Source of the DNA: the human T2T-CHM13v2.0 reference genome, Homo sapiens
Assembly (NCBI RefSeq): GCF_009914755.1
Contig: NC_060941.1
Direction: 5' to 3' (one strand)
Length of the DNA stretch: 64,000 nucleotides
Positions 16,786 to 43,355 of the stretch are shown here, one piece after another; positions within the stretch are counted from its first letter, which is position 1; each line of letters starts with the position of its first letter. The notes under the pieces are model-generated. The model did not search any database. It worked only from the letters and a program-made list of their open reading frames with translations, and was not told where the DNA came from. The translations under genes and the position numbers were made by a program.

Positions 16786-16899
16786 GCCACTTATTAGCCG
16801 TGTAATCCTTAGCTAAGCTACTCTACCTCATGCCTCAGTACCCTTTTCTATAAAACAGGACCAGTGTTGGTGGTGTGAGGATTAATTAAAGGTGAAAGT

Positions 16900-19299
<2,400 letters not shown>

Positions 19300-19941
19300 T
19301 CATATTCTTAGTAATTATTCTGAAAACCCTGGATCCACCTAGATTACCTCTGAGTTGCCCTGGAAACAACTTTTAACTCAGCCCATAATGACTTTTTTGA
19401 AATTATGAAATCTTATGATAGAATTCTCTAACTTATATTGTAGTAGTAAGTGAGCACCTACGTACTCACCACCCAGCTTAAGAAGTAGAATTTTACAAGC
19501 ACCTCTGAAGCCCCTACATGCTCCCCTCTGCTTAGATCTTCTTTCTTCCTTCTAGGAGTAACCACCGTCCCACATTTGTGTTAATTACTCCCTGGCTTTT
19601 CTTTAGTTTTACCATCTACGTATCTATCCCTAAACATTATATTGTGTTGTCTATTTTTGAACTTAACTCATTTTTCTTTTTTTTTGACTTACATATTTTT
19701 GATATTTATGTTGATATTTATATTGGTATTTCACTCACTTTTATTGCTATAGAGTGTTTATATATAAATTGTCTATAATTTATCCATTTTACTTTTGATG
19801 GACATATGAGTTGTTTCTTGGTTTTTGGTTAATCTTTGTGAATAATAGTATTTTGAAATTGCTATATTGTCTCTTAGTGCTTATGTGCAAAATGTTCTTT
19901 TTTCCCTAAATGCATAGAATTACTGGGTAGGCCAAGTGTCA

Positions 19942-20226
<285 letters not shown>

Positions 20227-20406
20227 TTACTGGGTAGTAAGAAATGTGTGTGTTTGACTTTGCTGGGCAGTTCCAAATTGTTTTCTGTTGGTTTCTGTAC
20301 CGTTTATACTTCTGCCATAAGTGTAAGCAAGTTCCGCTTGGTGTTGTTCAATTGTCGAACTAATTTTTTACAAATTTATTTTGGGTTAAGAATTATTCCA
20401 CAATGA

Positions 20407-21470
<1,064 letters not shown>

Positions 21471-22415
21471 TAAAGTAATGGGTCAGGTTATTAGATCTGC
21501 GTAAGTAGAACTTGGGCCACAGAAAGTATTACTGGCTGTTAGCCAGGGTCTATAATAGTTTTATTTTAAATGGAGGTTGGGTTGGCTTTATTGCTTTTGC
21601 CTGTTGAATTCTTTTGTGCTCCTTTTGTGTATTTTGGGTGGAAGCAGAGATAGATAGGAATGCTTAATCTGCCATCATTGCCTTTGCCTGGATTCCTTAG
21701 GGCTTGAATCTTGCAGATTCAAAGGCAATTTTGAAGGATTTACTTGAGCACTTGGGGCTGGCCACCATAGAAAGCTGTAGCACTGGGTGCTGGAGAGGGC
21801 AGAGCTGTAAGGGGAATCCAAACCAGAATTCATAGAACAATAAACATTTTAGGTATGGAAAAGGGTATATTTAAAGGTCTCCCAGCCCAGCACATATGAA
21901 ATGCTTATAATCCACGCATATCATTCTTCTGCGGTGTTCTTCTCATATGGTCATCTCATAGCTGCATGACATTGTTAGTGACAGGGAATTCACCAGCCCT
22001 TAAGGAGGTACATTTCATCATGAGATGGATCTGATCGCTAGTTCTTCTTTAGGCATACCTGAAACCTCGCTCACTGAAGTGTCCACATTGGTCTTGATTT
22101 TGGTTCCCAGGGTCATACAGAAAAATTCTTATACCTTTCTTATGTCCTTCATACGTTTAAAGGTAGCACATCATTCCTATCTCTTTTGGGGTTCTCATAT
22201 TCAAACTAAACATCCAGTTCCTTCAATGATGTAACATTGTCCTTGTTCATTTTATCTGAATATGCTACGGTTTATCCATTTCTTTCATATAGTCTGTTAC
22301 ATTGATAAGAACTTTATTCCAGATGTAGTCTCATGTTTTAGATTACAGGAGCTTAACTTCTACATATTATTTCCCGGACATTTAATCCATGTTGTTTTTT
22401 CTTCTGTTGCACCAG

Positions 22416-22976
<561 letters not shown>

Positions 22977-23097
22977 TCAGTTAGAGCATGTTTGGTTTTT
23001 TCTTAAACACATGTTTAAAACCAAAAATGTTTTAATAGCCATGGTCAAATCATTAGACTGAGTTTTTCTTCTGAATCACTTTAAAAATGTTATTCTA

Positions 23098-23387
<290 letters not shown>

Positions 23388-23479
23388 CTAAAGGTAATAC
23401 AGCTTTGAAGCTTCCTTTTTCATATAATTCTTTGTGCAGTAAATATTAGCTACTAGATATAGTCATAACAAATACTTAT

Positions 23480-24700
<1,221 letters not shown>

Positions 24701-24897
24701 GCATGTAATAGAGATTCAAATATTAGATTAGGTTCGGCATGATGGCTCACGCCTGTAATCCCAACACTTTGGGAGGCCGAGGCAGGAGAATTGCTTGAGG
24801 CCAGGAGTTCAAGACCAGTCTGGGCAACATAGTAAGACCTTATCTGTATTTTATTTTATTTTGTTTTGTTTTGTTATTTTAGTTTAGTTTAGTTTAG

Positions 24898-25026
<129 letters not shown>

Positions 25027-25811
25027 TGACCGCCACCACGCACGAGTAATTATTTTGCATTTTTGGTAGAGACAGCGTTTCACCATGTTGGTCAGGCTGG
25101 TCTCGAACTTCTGACCTCAAATGATCTTGCCCACCTTGGCCTCCCAAAGTGCTGGGATTACTGGTGAGCCACCGTGCCTAGCCCTTGTCTCTATTTTAAA
25201 ATTAAATTTTTAAAAACGACAAAAATAAAAACCAAAATATTAGATTTACAGTAGAAGGTTGGACATATTCGTTCATTGTTTAACAATATCATCTTCCATT
25301 TCCTCAGAATAAACCCATTCATTCCCTTTTACCCTTTAGTGAAATGTTCTCCATGACCCTCCTTTGGCCTCTGCCTAAGCTCACTTATTTGGTTAGTAGG
25401 CATAAGTATTTTTTCGTAGCCAGCTTTTGGCATCAAATTTGTAAAATGTTTGCATATGCTAGAGAGCCACTAAAATTCTGCTCATTTTTTTTTGCTCCTC
25501 AAGCCACAATTCCAAGGTGAATCTTGAAAATATAAGCTAGGTCTGGGCAAGGTGGCTCACACCTGTAATCCCAGCACTTTGGGAGGCTGAGGCAGACAGA
25601 TCACTTGAGTTGGGGAATTTGAAACCAAGCTGGGCAATGTGGTGAAACCCTGTCTCTAAAAAAATACAAAAATTAGTCCAGGCATGGTGGCTCATGCCTG
25701 TAATCCCAGCAGTTTGGGAGGCTGAGGCGGGTGGATCACCTGAGGTCAGGAGTTTGAGACCAGCCTAGCCAACATAGTGAAACCCCATCTGTGCTAAAAA
25801 CAGAAAAATTA

Positions 25812-26015
<204 letters not shown>

Positions 26016-27103
26016 TCAGGAGGCTAACGTGGGAGGATTGCTTGAGCCCAGGAGGTGGAGGTTGCTGAGCTGAGATCTCGCCACTGCACTCCAGCCTGCT
26101 GGGCGTCTGAGCCAGACCCTGTCTCAGAAAAAGAAAAAAATTAATCTGAGAGAAACCAGGCACAACAGACCACATATTGTATGAAGTATCCAGAATAGAA
26201 CCCGTAGACATAGAAAGTAGACTAATGGTTGCCAAGGGAAAGGAAAAGGGAGGAATGGGGAGTAACTGCTAATGGGTACAGGGTTTCTTTCTGATATGAT
26301 GAAAATACTCTAAATAGTGGGGATAGTTGCACAACTTAATGAATATACAGTAAAACACTGAGTTAAACACTTAAAAAGAGTAACACGGAGACCTGGCTTG
26401 GTGGCTCATACCTGTAATCCCAGCACTTTGGGAGGCCAAGGAGAGAGGATTCCTTGAACCCAGGAATTTGAGGCTGCAGTGAGCCGTGATTGCGTCACTG
26501 CACTCCAGCCTGGGAAACAGAGCAAGACCCTGTCTCAAAAAAATAAAATAAAATAAAAAAAGTGTAACATGGTTTGTGAATTACATCTCGATATAGCAGT
26601 TATTTAAAAAGGGGAGAGTGCTGCGCATGGTGGCCATACCTGTAATTCCATTACTTTGGGAGGGTGAGATGGGTGGATTGCTTTAGCCCAGGAGTTCGAG
26701 ACCAGCCTGGCAACATAGAGTGACCTCTTCTCGCTTGAGCCCAGAAGGTCGGGGCTGCAGTGAGCCAGGATTGCACCACTGCACTCCCACTTGGATGACA
26801 GAGCAAGACCCTACCTAAAAAAAAATAATTCCAGTGTCAAGCAGTCAGGTCTTCACTTCTCTCAACTAACCTTTTTTCTGACATCACAGGTGTGTAGCAC
26901 CACTTGTTACAGTCTCTTTCCCATTCCCTGCTGCCCCTTCTATATTCTTTTCTTCACATTAATTTGTTTCTTTGAGTACTTTTGATCACGGGTCGCTGAA
27001 TTGAGATGCTGCATGTGCAGTGCCCGCATGCCATTTTATTTTTTTCCTGGTACATCTTGAGGTAGCTTGAGGACAATACTAAGTTGCCTGTTTTCCTTTC
27101 CAG

Positions 27104-27285
27104 CGGAAGGCAGACAGATTGCTGCCAACATGAGGGGTATTGGGATGATGCCCAATGATATTCCTGAGTGGAAGAAGCATGCCTTTGGGGGCAACAAAGC
27201 CTCTTACGGAAAAAAGACCCAGATGTCAATCCTTGAGCAGAGGGAGAGCCTGCCCATCTACAAACTGAAGGAGCAATTGGTCCAG
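27104..27285 (+). CDS. DHX8: DHX8 exon 12 (...[20 protein letters not shown])
   Basis: ttccag| acceptor, |gtgaga donor; 182 nt. Confidence 0.97.
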
Positions 27286-27516
27286 GTGAGAAGACTTTTA
27301 TGATGTATTGGTGGGGAGTAGGGTTATTGTCTAAAAGAGGGGTGATATTTTTAAACTGAAACTAACGGGACAAGTATGTGCCTACTTGAAGTGGCTCATC
27401 CAAAAGAGTTAAGAAAGAAGGATAAAACTTTCTAAATACTTTTTTTTTAAATGGGGCTGGGCGCGGTAGTGGATGCCTATAATCCCAGCACATCAGAGGC
27501 CAAGGCAGGAGGATCA

Positions 27517-27864
<348 letters not shown>

Positions 27865-28459
27865 CTAAAAAAAAAAAAATTACCTGGGTGTGGTGGTCCA
27901 TGCCTGTAATCCCAGCTACTCGGGAGGCTGAGATAAGAGGATTGCTTGAGCCTGAGAGGTCGCGGCTACAGTGAACTGCAATCACACCACTGCACTCCAG
28001 CCTGGGCGACCAAGTGAGACCCCATATCACAAATGTTTGTGTGTGCGTGTACAGACACACATACTTATGTATGTGTCTGTATATCTTCTTTTTCCTGGGG
28101 CCCCTAGAACAGTTTCCAAGTGGGCAGAGTATTGTGTTGCATGGACCAACAGCTCTGTTCAGTAATTAAAAATGAGGATACTCAGTCAATAAACTCATAT
28201 GGGCAACTCATAGAGTGCTTCGGTACTCTATATTCTGGAGTTCTGATTTTAAGACCACCGAGTCTTCCTTGAGGTAATCAGGTTTACTAGTTTCTAGTGA
28301 ATCCTTTCAACAATATCTTATATGTATACAAGCAAGTACAAATATATGCACACACACGCACACACATTTTATATGAGTACTGTGTGTGTTTACAGGTGGC
28401 AGTGATATTATATACACTGTTCTACATCTTTTTCCACTTAATGATATATCTCAGAGATT

Positions 28460-28487
28460 TGTGTGTGTGTGTGTGTATGTGTGTGTG
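28460..28487 (+). repeat. (TG)n microsatellite
   Basis: Seen directly. Confidence 0.95.
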
Positions 28488-28488
28488 A

Positions 28489-29071
<583 letters not shown>

Positions 29072-29374
29072 TCATCTCAAAAAAAAAAAAAAAGCCTTTT
29101 TTTATGGGCTGTATTATTTGGATAGGCTCTGGTTTATTTAACTAGTCCTATATCCATAGAAACATCGTTGATTGTAATCCTTGGCTGTTACAAACAACGT
29201 AGAAATAAGAAATAACTTTTGGGGAAAGATATAGAAATTTGGGAGTTACAGTGGGAAGGAACATTTTTTATGTATCTTTTAAATTCATTGTTGACTTCTT
29301 TAACTATATGTGTATATTCCTCTTTTCTTTGGTGTTAGAATATAGTAATTATTTTATTCCAGAGTAATGTAGAT

Positions 29375-29452
29375 TTTAATGACCATATTTATATTCTGTT
29401 TAATGACCATATTTATATTCTGGCAGATTTTAATGACCATATTTATATTCTG
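29375..29452 (+). repeat. Three copies of a 24-nt unit TTTAATGACCATATTTATATTCTG just upstream of DHX8 exon 13
   Basis: Copies at 29375-29398, 29399-29422 and 29429-29452. Confidence 0.95.
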
Positions 29453-29462
29453 TTGCTTTCAG

Positions 29463-29657
29463 GCCGTCCATGACAATCAGATCCTGATTGTCATTGGTGA
29501 GACAGGATCTGGAAAGACAACACAGATCACCCAGTACCTGGCGGAGGCAGGCTACACTTCCAGGGGCAAGATTGGGTGTACCCAGCCCAGAAGAGTGGCA
29601 GCTATGTCGGTGGCCAAAAGAGTGTCAGAGGAGTTTGGTTGTTGCTTAGGCCAAGAG
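29463..29657 (+). CDS. DHX8: DHX8 exon 13 (motif I GETGSGKT, motif Ia TQPRRVAA)
   Basis: tttcag| acceptor, |gtaagt donor; 195 nt. Confidence 0.98.
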
Positions 29658-29962
29658 GTAAGTAGATAGTGGAGTCGCTCGAAAAATACCAGAAGCAAAG
29701 GCCCAGGTCTCTTAATCTATCAAATGGAAATATTAATAATACTGCCTTTTTTCAGGTTTCTCCTGAGGGAGAGAGGGTTCCCATTGTCATAATCAGTCTG
29801 TTCAGAGTATAGTCTAAGACATACCTTACTATGAGGAAATTACTGTACATCTTGATCAGATTCTTAAGATTATGAGTGAGAGTGACTGGGCTGAAATCTT
29901 GCCTGGTGATTGGGAAAAGGAGACATTTGTATCCTAGGTTTTCCCCTTCTCTTCTGCTTTAG

Positions 29963-30190
<228 letters not shown>

Positions 30191-30268
30191 TGAATTCTGG
30201 CAGTTGGATTTGAGTACCTGTGTCTTTGGGTAGTCCTTTTCAGTAAGCCACATAATATTTCTCTTCAG

Positions 30269-30479
30269 ACAGTTCAGAAACGGCAGGACATGAAGCTGAT
30301 TGTCACCTCAGCCACCTTGGATGCAGTGAAGTTTTCTCAATACTTCTATGAAGCTCCCATTTTCACCATCCCAGGTCGAACATATCCAGTGGAAATACTG
30401 TACACAAAGGAACCTGAGACAGATTATCTGGATGCCAGCCTGATTACTGTTATGCAGATTCATTTAACAGAACCACCAG
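30269..30479 (+). CDS. DHX8: DHX8 exon 15 (motif III SAT)
   Basis: cttcag| acceptor, |gtaagg donor; 211 nt; LIVTSATL. Confidence 0.97.
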
Positions 30480-30798
30480 GTAAGGGGAAAAAGCAATTTT
30501 CCTTTTTGGGAGGCCTAATTTTCCCTCTTAGGCCAAAAGTCCTCATATGGGTATCTTTTTTGCTAATCTTTTTAAAAACAACTTCTAAATATTCATCTCT
30601 CTGCAAGCCTCAGGCTTGTATGTTTGAAATGATGGTGGTTATAATGTCATATATAAACAAACTTGTATTGTTTACTTACTGGTCAGAATATGAATGCATA
30701 TGTTCTGTTATTTGAAGTTTTATTAATATCACCATAGCCCTTGTATAGGACACACATACACACACAGAAAGTAGATGAATGTTCTATTCTGCTCGTAG

Positions 30799-30980
30799 GT
30801 GATATCCTGGTCTTCCTGACTGGTCAGGAAGAAATTGATACTGCTTGTGAGATCCTGTATGAAAGAATGAAATCCCTGGGACCTGATGTTCCAGAGTTAA
30901 TTATCCTCCCAGTGTACTCTGCTCTTCCCAGTGAGATGCAGACCCGAATCTTTGACCCAGCTCCACCAGGCAGCAGAAAG
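30799..30980 (+). CDS. DHX8: DHX8 exon 16 (motif [12 protein letters not shown])
   Basis: tcgtag| acceptor, |gtaaca donor; 182 nt. Confidence 0.97.
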
Positions 30981-31064
30981 GTAACATGGGCAAAAATGAA
31001 GCTTCCATGTGCCCTGAAACCATGTGTTGTGTGCAGCCTGTCAGCCATAGTAGGGATTGCTTAG

Positions 31065-32810
<1,746 letters not shown>

Positions 32811-32844
32811 ATTTACCCTTTTAAAGTGTACAGTTCAAAGGCTT

Positions 32845-33145
32845 TTACCCATGGTATGTGGGGATTGGTTCCAGGACCCCCGAGGATACCAAAATCCAAG
32901 TATGCTCAAGTCTCTTATGTAAAATGCCATAGTATTTGCATGTAAACTATGCACATCTTCCTGTGTGATACTTTATCTCTAGATTACCTATAATACCTCA
33001 TACAGTGTAAATGCTATATAAGCAGTTGTTTTACTGTATTTTTTATTTGTATTTTTTTATTGTTGAATTTTTTTCCTCAAATATTTTTAATCTGCTGTTG
33101 GTTGAATCCATAGATGGGGAACCAGCAGATACAGAGGGCTAACCA
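32845..33145. mobile_element. MER2 (Tigger-family non-autonomous DNA transposon) inside an old L1
   Basis: GGGGATTGGTTCCAGGACCCC...GATACCAAAATCC and GTTGGTTGAATCC...GATACAGAGGGC resemble the MER2 consensus. Confidence 0.8.
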
Positions 33146-33149
33146 TATT

Positions 33150-33914
33150 CACAGAATTGTGCAGCCATCACCACAATTATATTTAGAACAATTTTATCTC
33201 CCTAAAAAGAAATGCTGTACCCTTTAGCAGTCATCTACCCCCATTTACTCCTCTGCTCAGCCTCTGGAAACCACTAACCTATATCTTCCATCTCTGTGGA
33301 TTTGCCTATTCTAGACATTTCATATAAATGAAATCACATATTTGTGGCTGGCTTATTTCCAGTGATTTTTCCAGACTTAGCATGTTTTCAGAGTTCATCA
33401 ACATTGTAGTATGTATCAATACTTCATTTCTTTTTCTTGCTGAATACTGTTGTGTTGTATGGGCACAACACATTTTGTTTATCCATTTATCAGTTGATGG
33501 ACATTGGAGCTGAGCGCAGTGGCTCACACCTGTAATTTCATCACTTTGGGAGGCTGAGGCAGATGGATCACCTGAGGTCAGGAGTTCAAGACCAGCCTGG
33601 CTGATATGGTGAAACCCTGTCTCTACTAAAAATACAAAAATTAGCCAGGCGTGGTGGCGGGTGCCTGTAATCCCAGCTACCTGGGAGGCTGGGACAGGAG
33701 AATCACCTGAACCCAAGAGGCAGAGGTTTCAGTGAGCCGAGATCGTGCCATTGCACTCCAGCCTGGGCAATGAGCAAAACTATCTCAAAAGGAAGATAAA
33801 GATAGACATAGGAGTCATTTTCACTTTTGGGCTTTCTTGAATAATGCTGCTGTGAACATTTGTTTACACATTTTTGTGTGAGCCAGGCGCAGTGGCTTAT
33901 GCCTGTGATCCCAG

Positions 33915-33951
<37 letters not shown>

Positions 33952-34570
33952 AGACAGAGTCTTTCTCTGTCATCCAGGCTGGAATGCAGTGGCATGATCT
34001 TGGTTCATTGCAACCTCTGCCTCCCAGGTTCAAGTGATTCTTCTGCCTCAGCCTCCTGAGTAGCTGGGATTACAGGCATGTGCCACCATGCCTGGCTAAT
34101 TTTTGTATTTTTAGTAGAGACAGGGTTTTGACATGTTGGCCTGGCTGGTCTCGAACTCCTGATCTCAGATGATCCATCCGCCTCAGCCTCCCAAAGTGCT
34201 AGGATTACAGGCATGAGCCACCACGCCTGGCAGATCCCAGCATTTTTGGAGACCAAGGTGGGAGGATCCCTTGAGCCCAGAAGTTCAAGATCAGCCTGGG
34301 CAACATGGTGAGACCCCTATCTCTACAAAAAAAAAAAAAAAAAAAAATCAGCCAGGCGTGGTGGCACATGCATAGTCCCAGCTACTCAAGAGATTGAGGT
34401 GGGAGGATCACTTGAGCCTGGGAGGGTGAGGCTGCTATGAGCCATGATCACACCACTATACTCCAGCCAAGGCTACAGAGCAAACCAGACCCTGTCTCAA
34501 AAAAGAAAACCAAGTTTTTGTGTGGACGTATGTTTTCATTTCTCTTGGACATATACCTAAGAGTAGAAGG
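33150..34570 (-). mobile_element. Old L1 fragment interrupted by Alus (+ 33506-33795; + ~33880-34510 with nested - Alu 33918-34232)
   Basis: L1 3' signatures between Alus; nested Alu flanked by duplicated GATCCCAGCATTTTT. Confidence 0.75.
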
Positions 34571-34581
34571 CAGATGGACTT

Positions 34582-39223
<4,642 letters not shown>

Positions 39224-39641
39224 TGCAAACATAATTTTTAAAATGACTGCAGAGTCATCATTGGGATGATTGACGTAATATGTTTATTTCACTTACATTT
39301 TTGGTCATAACTGTGGGGATGGTGTTCTGTCATCTTGTTTTATGCTTTCTCTTTTATATTGCGCCACACTATTTTGAAGATATATGTCTCAGATCTGTAT
39401 AATATTTCTTCCATTAACCCTGCTTGTATTGCCTCCCTCGAACAAACTTCCCCGAAGTGCTGAGTATGGAGAGGGGAAGATAAGAGCATTGGTAGTCTTG
39501 GAAATGGTCCCAAAGGAAGTGAAATCAACCCCATTTCTGATTTTGCCAGTTGTTAATTGTCCCCCTTTTAACAGATATCCTGGGTAAAGCTGTTAAGCAG
39601 TGTTTAACAGATATGTTGCTTTTATATGCCCACCCCTCTAG

Positions 39642-39854
<213 letters not shown>

Positions 39855-41059
39855 TAAATGAATTTCAGTTTTATGAACCTTGTTAAATACTTTAGTAACC
39901 TCATGAAAGCAGTCCCTTTGAGTGAAATGCAAATGGCTGTGATAACAGCCTCTCACGGCAGGTCTGGGGCTAAGTTGGCATGTCTGCTGTGAACACACAT
40001 TTTTTCTTACCATAACAACCAGCAGGATATTAGGTTGTAAAAGGTTCTAGTTAGGAGCATTTTCTAAAAGGAAATTAGAAAAATATAATCAATGCCAAAC
40101 TGTGGACACACACACCTAACCTCAACCACTTTAGCGCTCAGATCCAATTCTGTTCTTTTAGAACGAGAGAAAACCCCCTGTTCAAAAACTTTGCAAGGGA
40201 ACTGTCAGTACAGATTTCAGACTGGCTCTCAGGGGCTTGGTTTTCATTCTGAATCATTGTTCTTCCTCTCTCAGTCCCCAGTGAGGACTTCATTCTCTTT
40301 TGGCAGGAGGAGCTGTATGAGTAATTTCCCAGCTGATGGCGTTTCCCCCGACACTGATGCTACCCTGGAGCCCTGGTACTTTCTGGTGCAGAGTGCTCTG
40401 TTGTCATTTATTATTTATTCCCTGTCAAAGAGGCTAAAACAGAGCTTTGGAAAGAAAAAAGAAACCTACTCCAGTCTCTGAAGTGCCAACAGAGAGGCAT
40501 CTGTGGCTTGGACTTCAGCTCCAAACTGCGACTTTGGGCAAGTTTATTTACTTTGCCCTCTGCTCTGTGTTCTGCTCTGAAAAAGGGGCTGTTAATAGTA
40601 TTTGTTGGAAAGATAAGTGAGATAATGTAGGTAAAGGCACTTGGCACAGTGCTTGATGATTGCTAACATAATTCATCATAGTTATTATTCACACAATAAA
40701 CATTTATTGAACACCTGCTGTGTTTATGGTCACAATCACTTTATGAGAAAGAAATAGAAAGCTTAGGTCCTACCACATCACACTTTATATACACTTGAAT
40801 CGTGCATCATTCAGTCGTTTCTTTTATTCATCGAATTAGCTAATGTATTGAACACATGCTACATGCCAGGCATGTAGATTGCACTGTGGTGGTTTTGTGA
40901 ACATAGTTTTTACCCAGTGTGAACTCTCTGAAAGCAGGGGCCATATCCTGGCCATCTTTATATCCCTCCCACCTAACATGGTATGAGATCCCTCATAGAT
41001 ATATAGTAGAAATGATGTATGCAAGAGACAGGACAAGTTGGTAGACTATATTATTATTA

Positions 41060-41960
41060 TTATTATTGTAAAATACATAACAACATTTACTATTGTAAGC
41101 TTTTTAAAGTATACAATTCAGTGGCATTAAATACATTCAAGATGTTGTACAACCATCACCAACATCCATTTCCAGAACTTTTTCATTGTCCCAAACAGAA
41201 ACTCTGTACCCATTAAACAGTAACTCCCCTTTCCCCCTTCCTCTATCCCTTGGTAACTACTCTTCTACTTTTTACCTCTCTGAATTTGTCTATTCTAGAT
41301 AGCCTCATTTAAGTGGAATCATACAATATTCTTTTGTATCTGACCTGTTTCTCTTAGAATAATGTTTTCAAGATTTATTCATGTTATTTTCAAGGTTTAT
41401 CCATTTATTTCATTCCTTTCTAAGGGTGAATAGTATTCTGTTGTATGTATATACCACATTTTGTTTATCCATTCATCAGCAGATGGACATTTGGATTGTT
41501 TCTACCTTTTGGCTATTATCAATAATGCTGCTGTGAACATTAGTGTGCAGGTATCTGTTTGAGTCTGCTTTCAGTTCTTTTGGATATATACCTAGAAGTG
41601 TAATTGCTGGGTCATGTGCTAATTCTGTATTTAGCCTATTAAGGAACCACCAAACTTTTCTACAGTGGCTGCAACATCTTACATTCCCACCAGCAATGCA
41701 TGAGGTTTCTGATACCTCCCGTCCTCACTGACATTTGTTAGTTTCTGTTTTTTAAAAAAATTATAGCCATCCTAGTGGGTATGAAGTGATATTTCATTGT
41801 AGTTTTGATTTGCATTTCCCTAATTACTACTGATGTTGTGCATCTGTGCATCTTTTTATGTGCTTGTTGGCCATTTGTATATCTTCTTTGAAGAAATGTC
41901 TATTCAAGCTCTGTGCCTATTTTTTAAATTGAGTTGTTTGTCCTTTTGCTGTTGAGTTGT
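41060..41960 (-). mobile_element. Old L1 (L1M-type) 3' fragment
   Basis: ATACCACATTTTGTTTATCCATTCATC, AATGCTGCTGTGAACATT, TTTGATTTGCATTTCCCTAAT signatures. Confidence 0.85.
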
Positions 41961-42061
41961 ACATATTGTCATTTTGAGAGAGTGTTAGGGTTTTTTGTTT
42001 TTTTTTTTTCTTGGAAGACGTTTTATCATGTTGCCTAGGCTGGTCTCAACTCCCGGACTCA

Positions 42062-42574
<513 letters not shown>

Positions 42575-42605
42575 TTATCACATGCCTTCTTCCTTTCTGT
42601 TCTAG

Positions 42606-42743
42606 GCCATGGGTATCAATGATCTGCTGTCCTTTGATTTCATGGATGCCCCACCTATGGAAACTTTGATCACAGCCATGGAGCAGCTGTACACACTGGG
42701 GGCCCTGGATGACGAGGGCCTGCTCACTCGCTTGGGCCGCCGG
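42606..42743 (+). CDS. DHX8: DHX8 exon 19 (winged helix, [12 protein letters not shown]...LGRR)
   Basis: ttctag| acceptor, |gtaagg donor; 138 nt. Confidence 0.97.
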
Positions 42744-43226
42744 GTAAGGGACAGACTCAACTTCCTGTGCTTTTGGGAAGATTCCCTGGTCAGCCTTTCA
42801 CATCCTTCGGTCTGTACAAAATCAGGCTGAGGCCGTGGATAAGCTTTGAGTAAAATTCTAAATGTTTGTTTTTAACCTGAATTTCTCCACTGTCACTTTA
42901 AACTGTTTCTTCTTTATACAAAAAGGTGTTCTGTTCATAATTTTGCCTGAGGATGTATTACTGAATGTAGCCTTAATTAGAAACGGCATCTGCAAAATTC
43001 TCATCTACCCCAACAGTAGTTATATGCTTGGTCACATACATCCCGTTGGAGTTTATTTGGGAAAAGAATAAACAACAGCATTCTTCTGATAGAGAAAGGC
43101 ATCCCAAGGCATCATTATGCTTTGGGAAAATCTGTGTTGTTACCCACTCTGACCAAGGTCTTGCTCTGGTGAATCCAAATGTGTCTTCCACAGGGAAGCA
43201 GTTGTAGTCTTTTTTTGTCCCTCTAG

Positions 43227-43355
43227 ATGGCAGAGTTCCCTCTGGAGCCAATGCTATGCAAAATGCTCATCATGTCTGTGCATCTGGGCTGCAGTGAGGA
43301 AATGCTGACCATTGTATCCATGCTGTCTGTGCAGAACGTCTTCTATAGGCCCAAG
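43227..43355 (+). CDS. DHX8: DHX8 exon 20 (HA2, MAEFPLEP...FYRPK)
   Basis: ctctag| acceptor, |gtagga donor; 129 nt. Confidence 0.97.

Noticed and set aside
39575-39583. 9-nt microexon-like ag|ATATCCTGG|gt with a U12-like ATATCCT
   Set aside because: The downstream intron would be only 58 nt, the U12 donor match is incomplete, and it is part of a short TTTAACAGATAT duplication.
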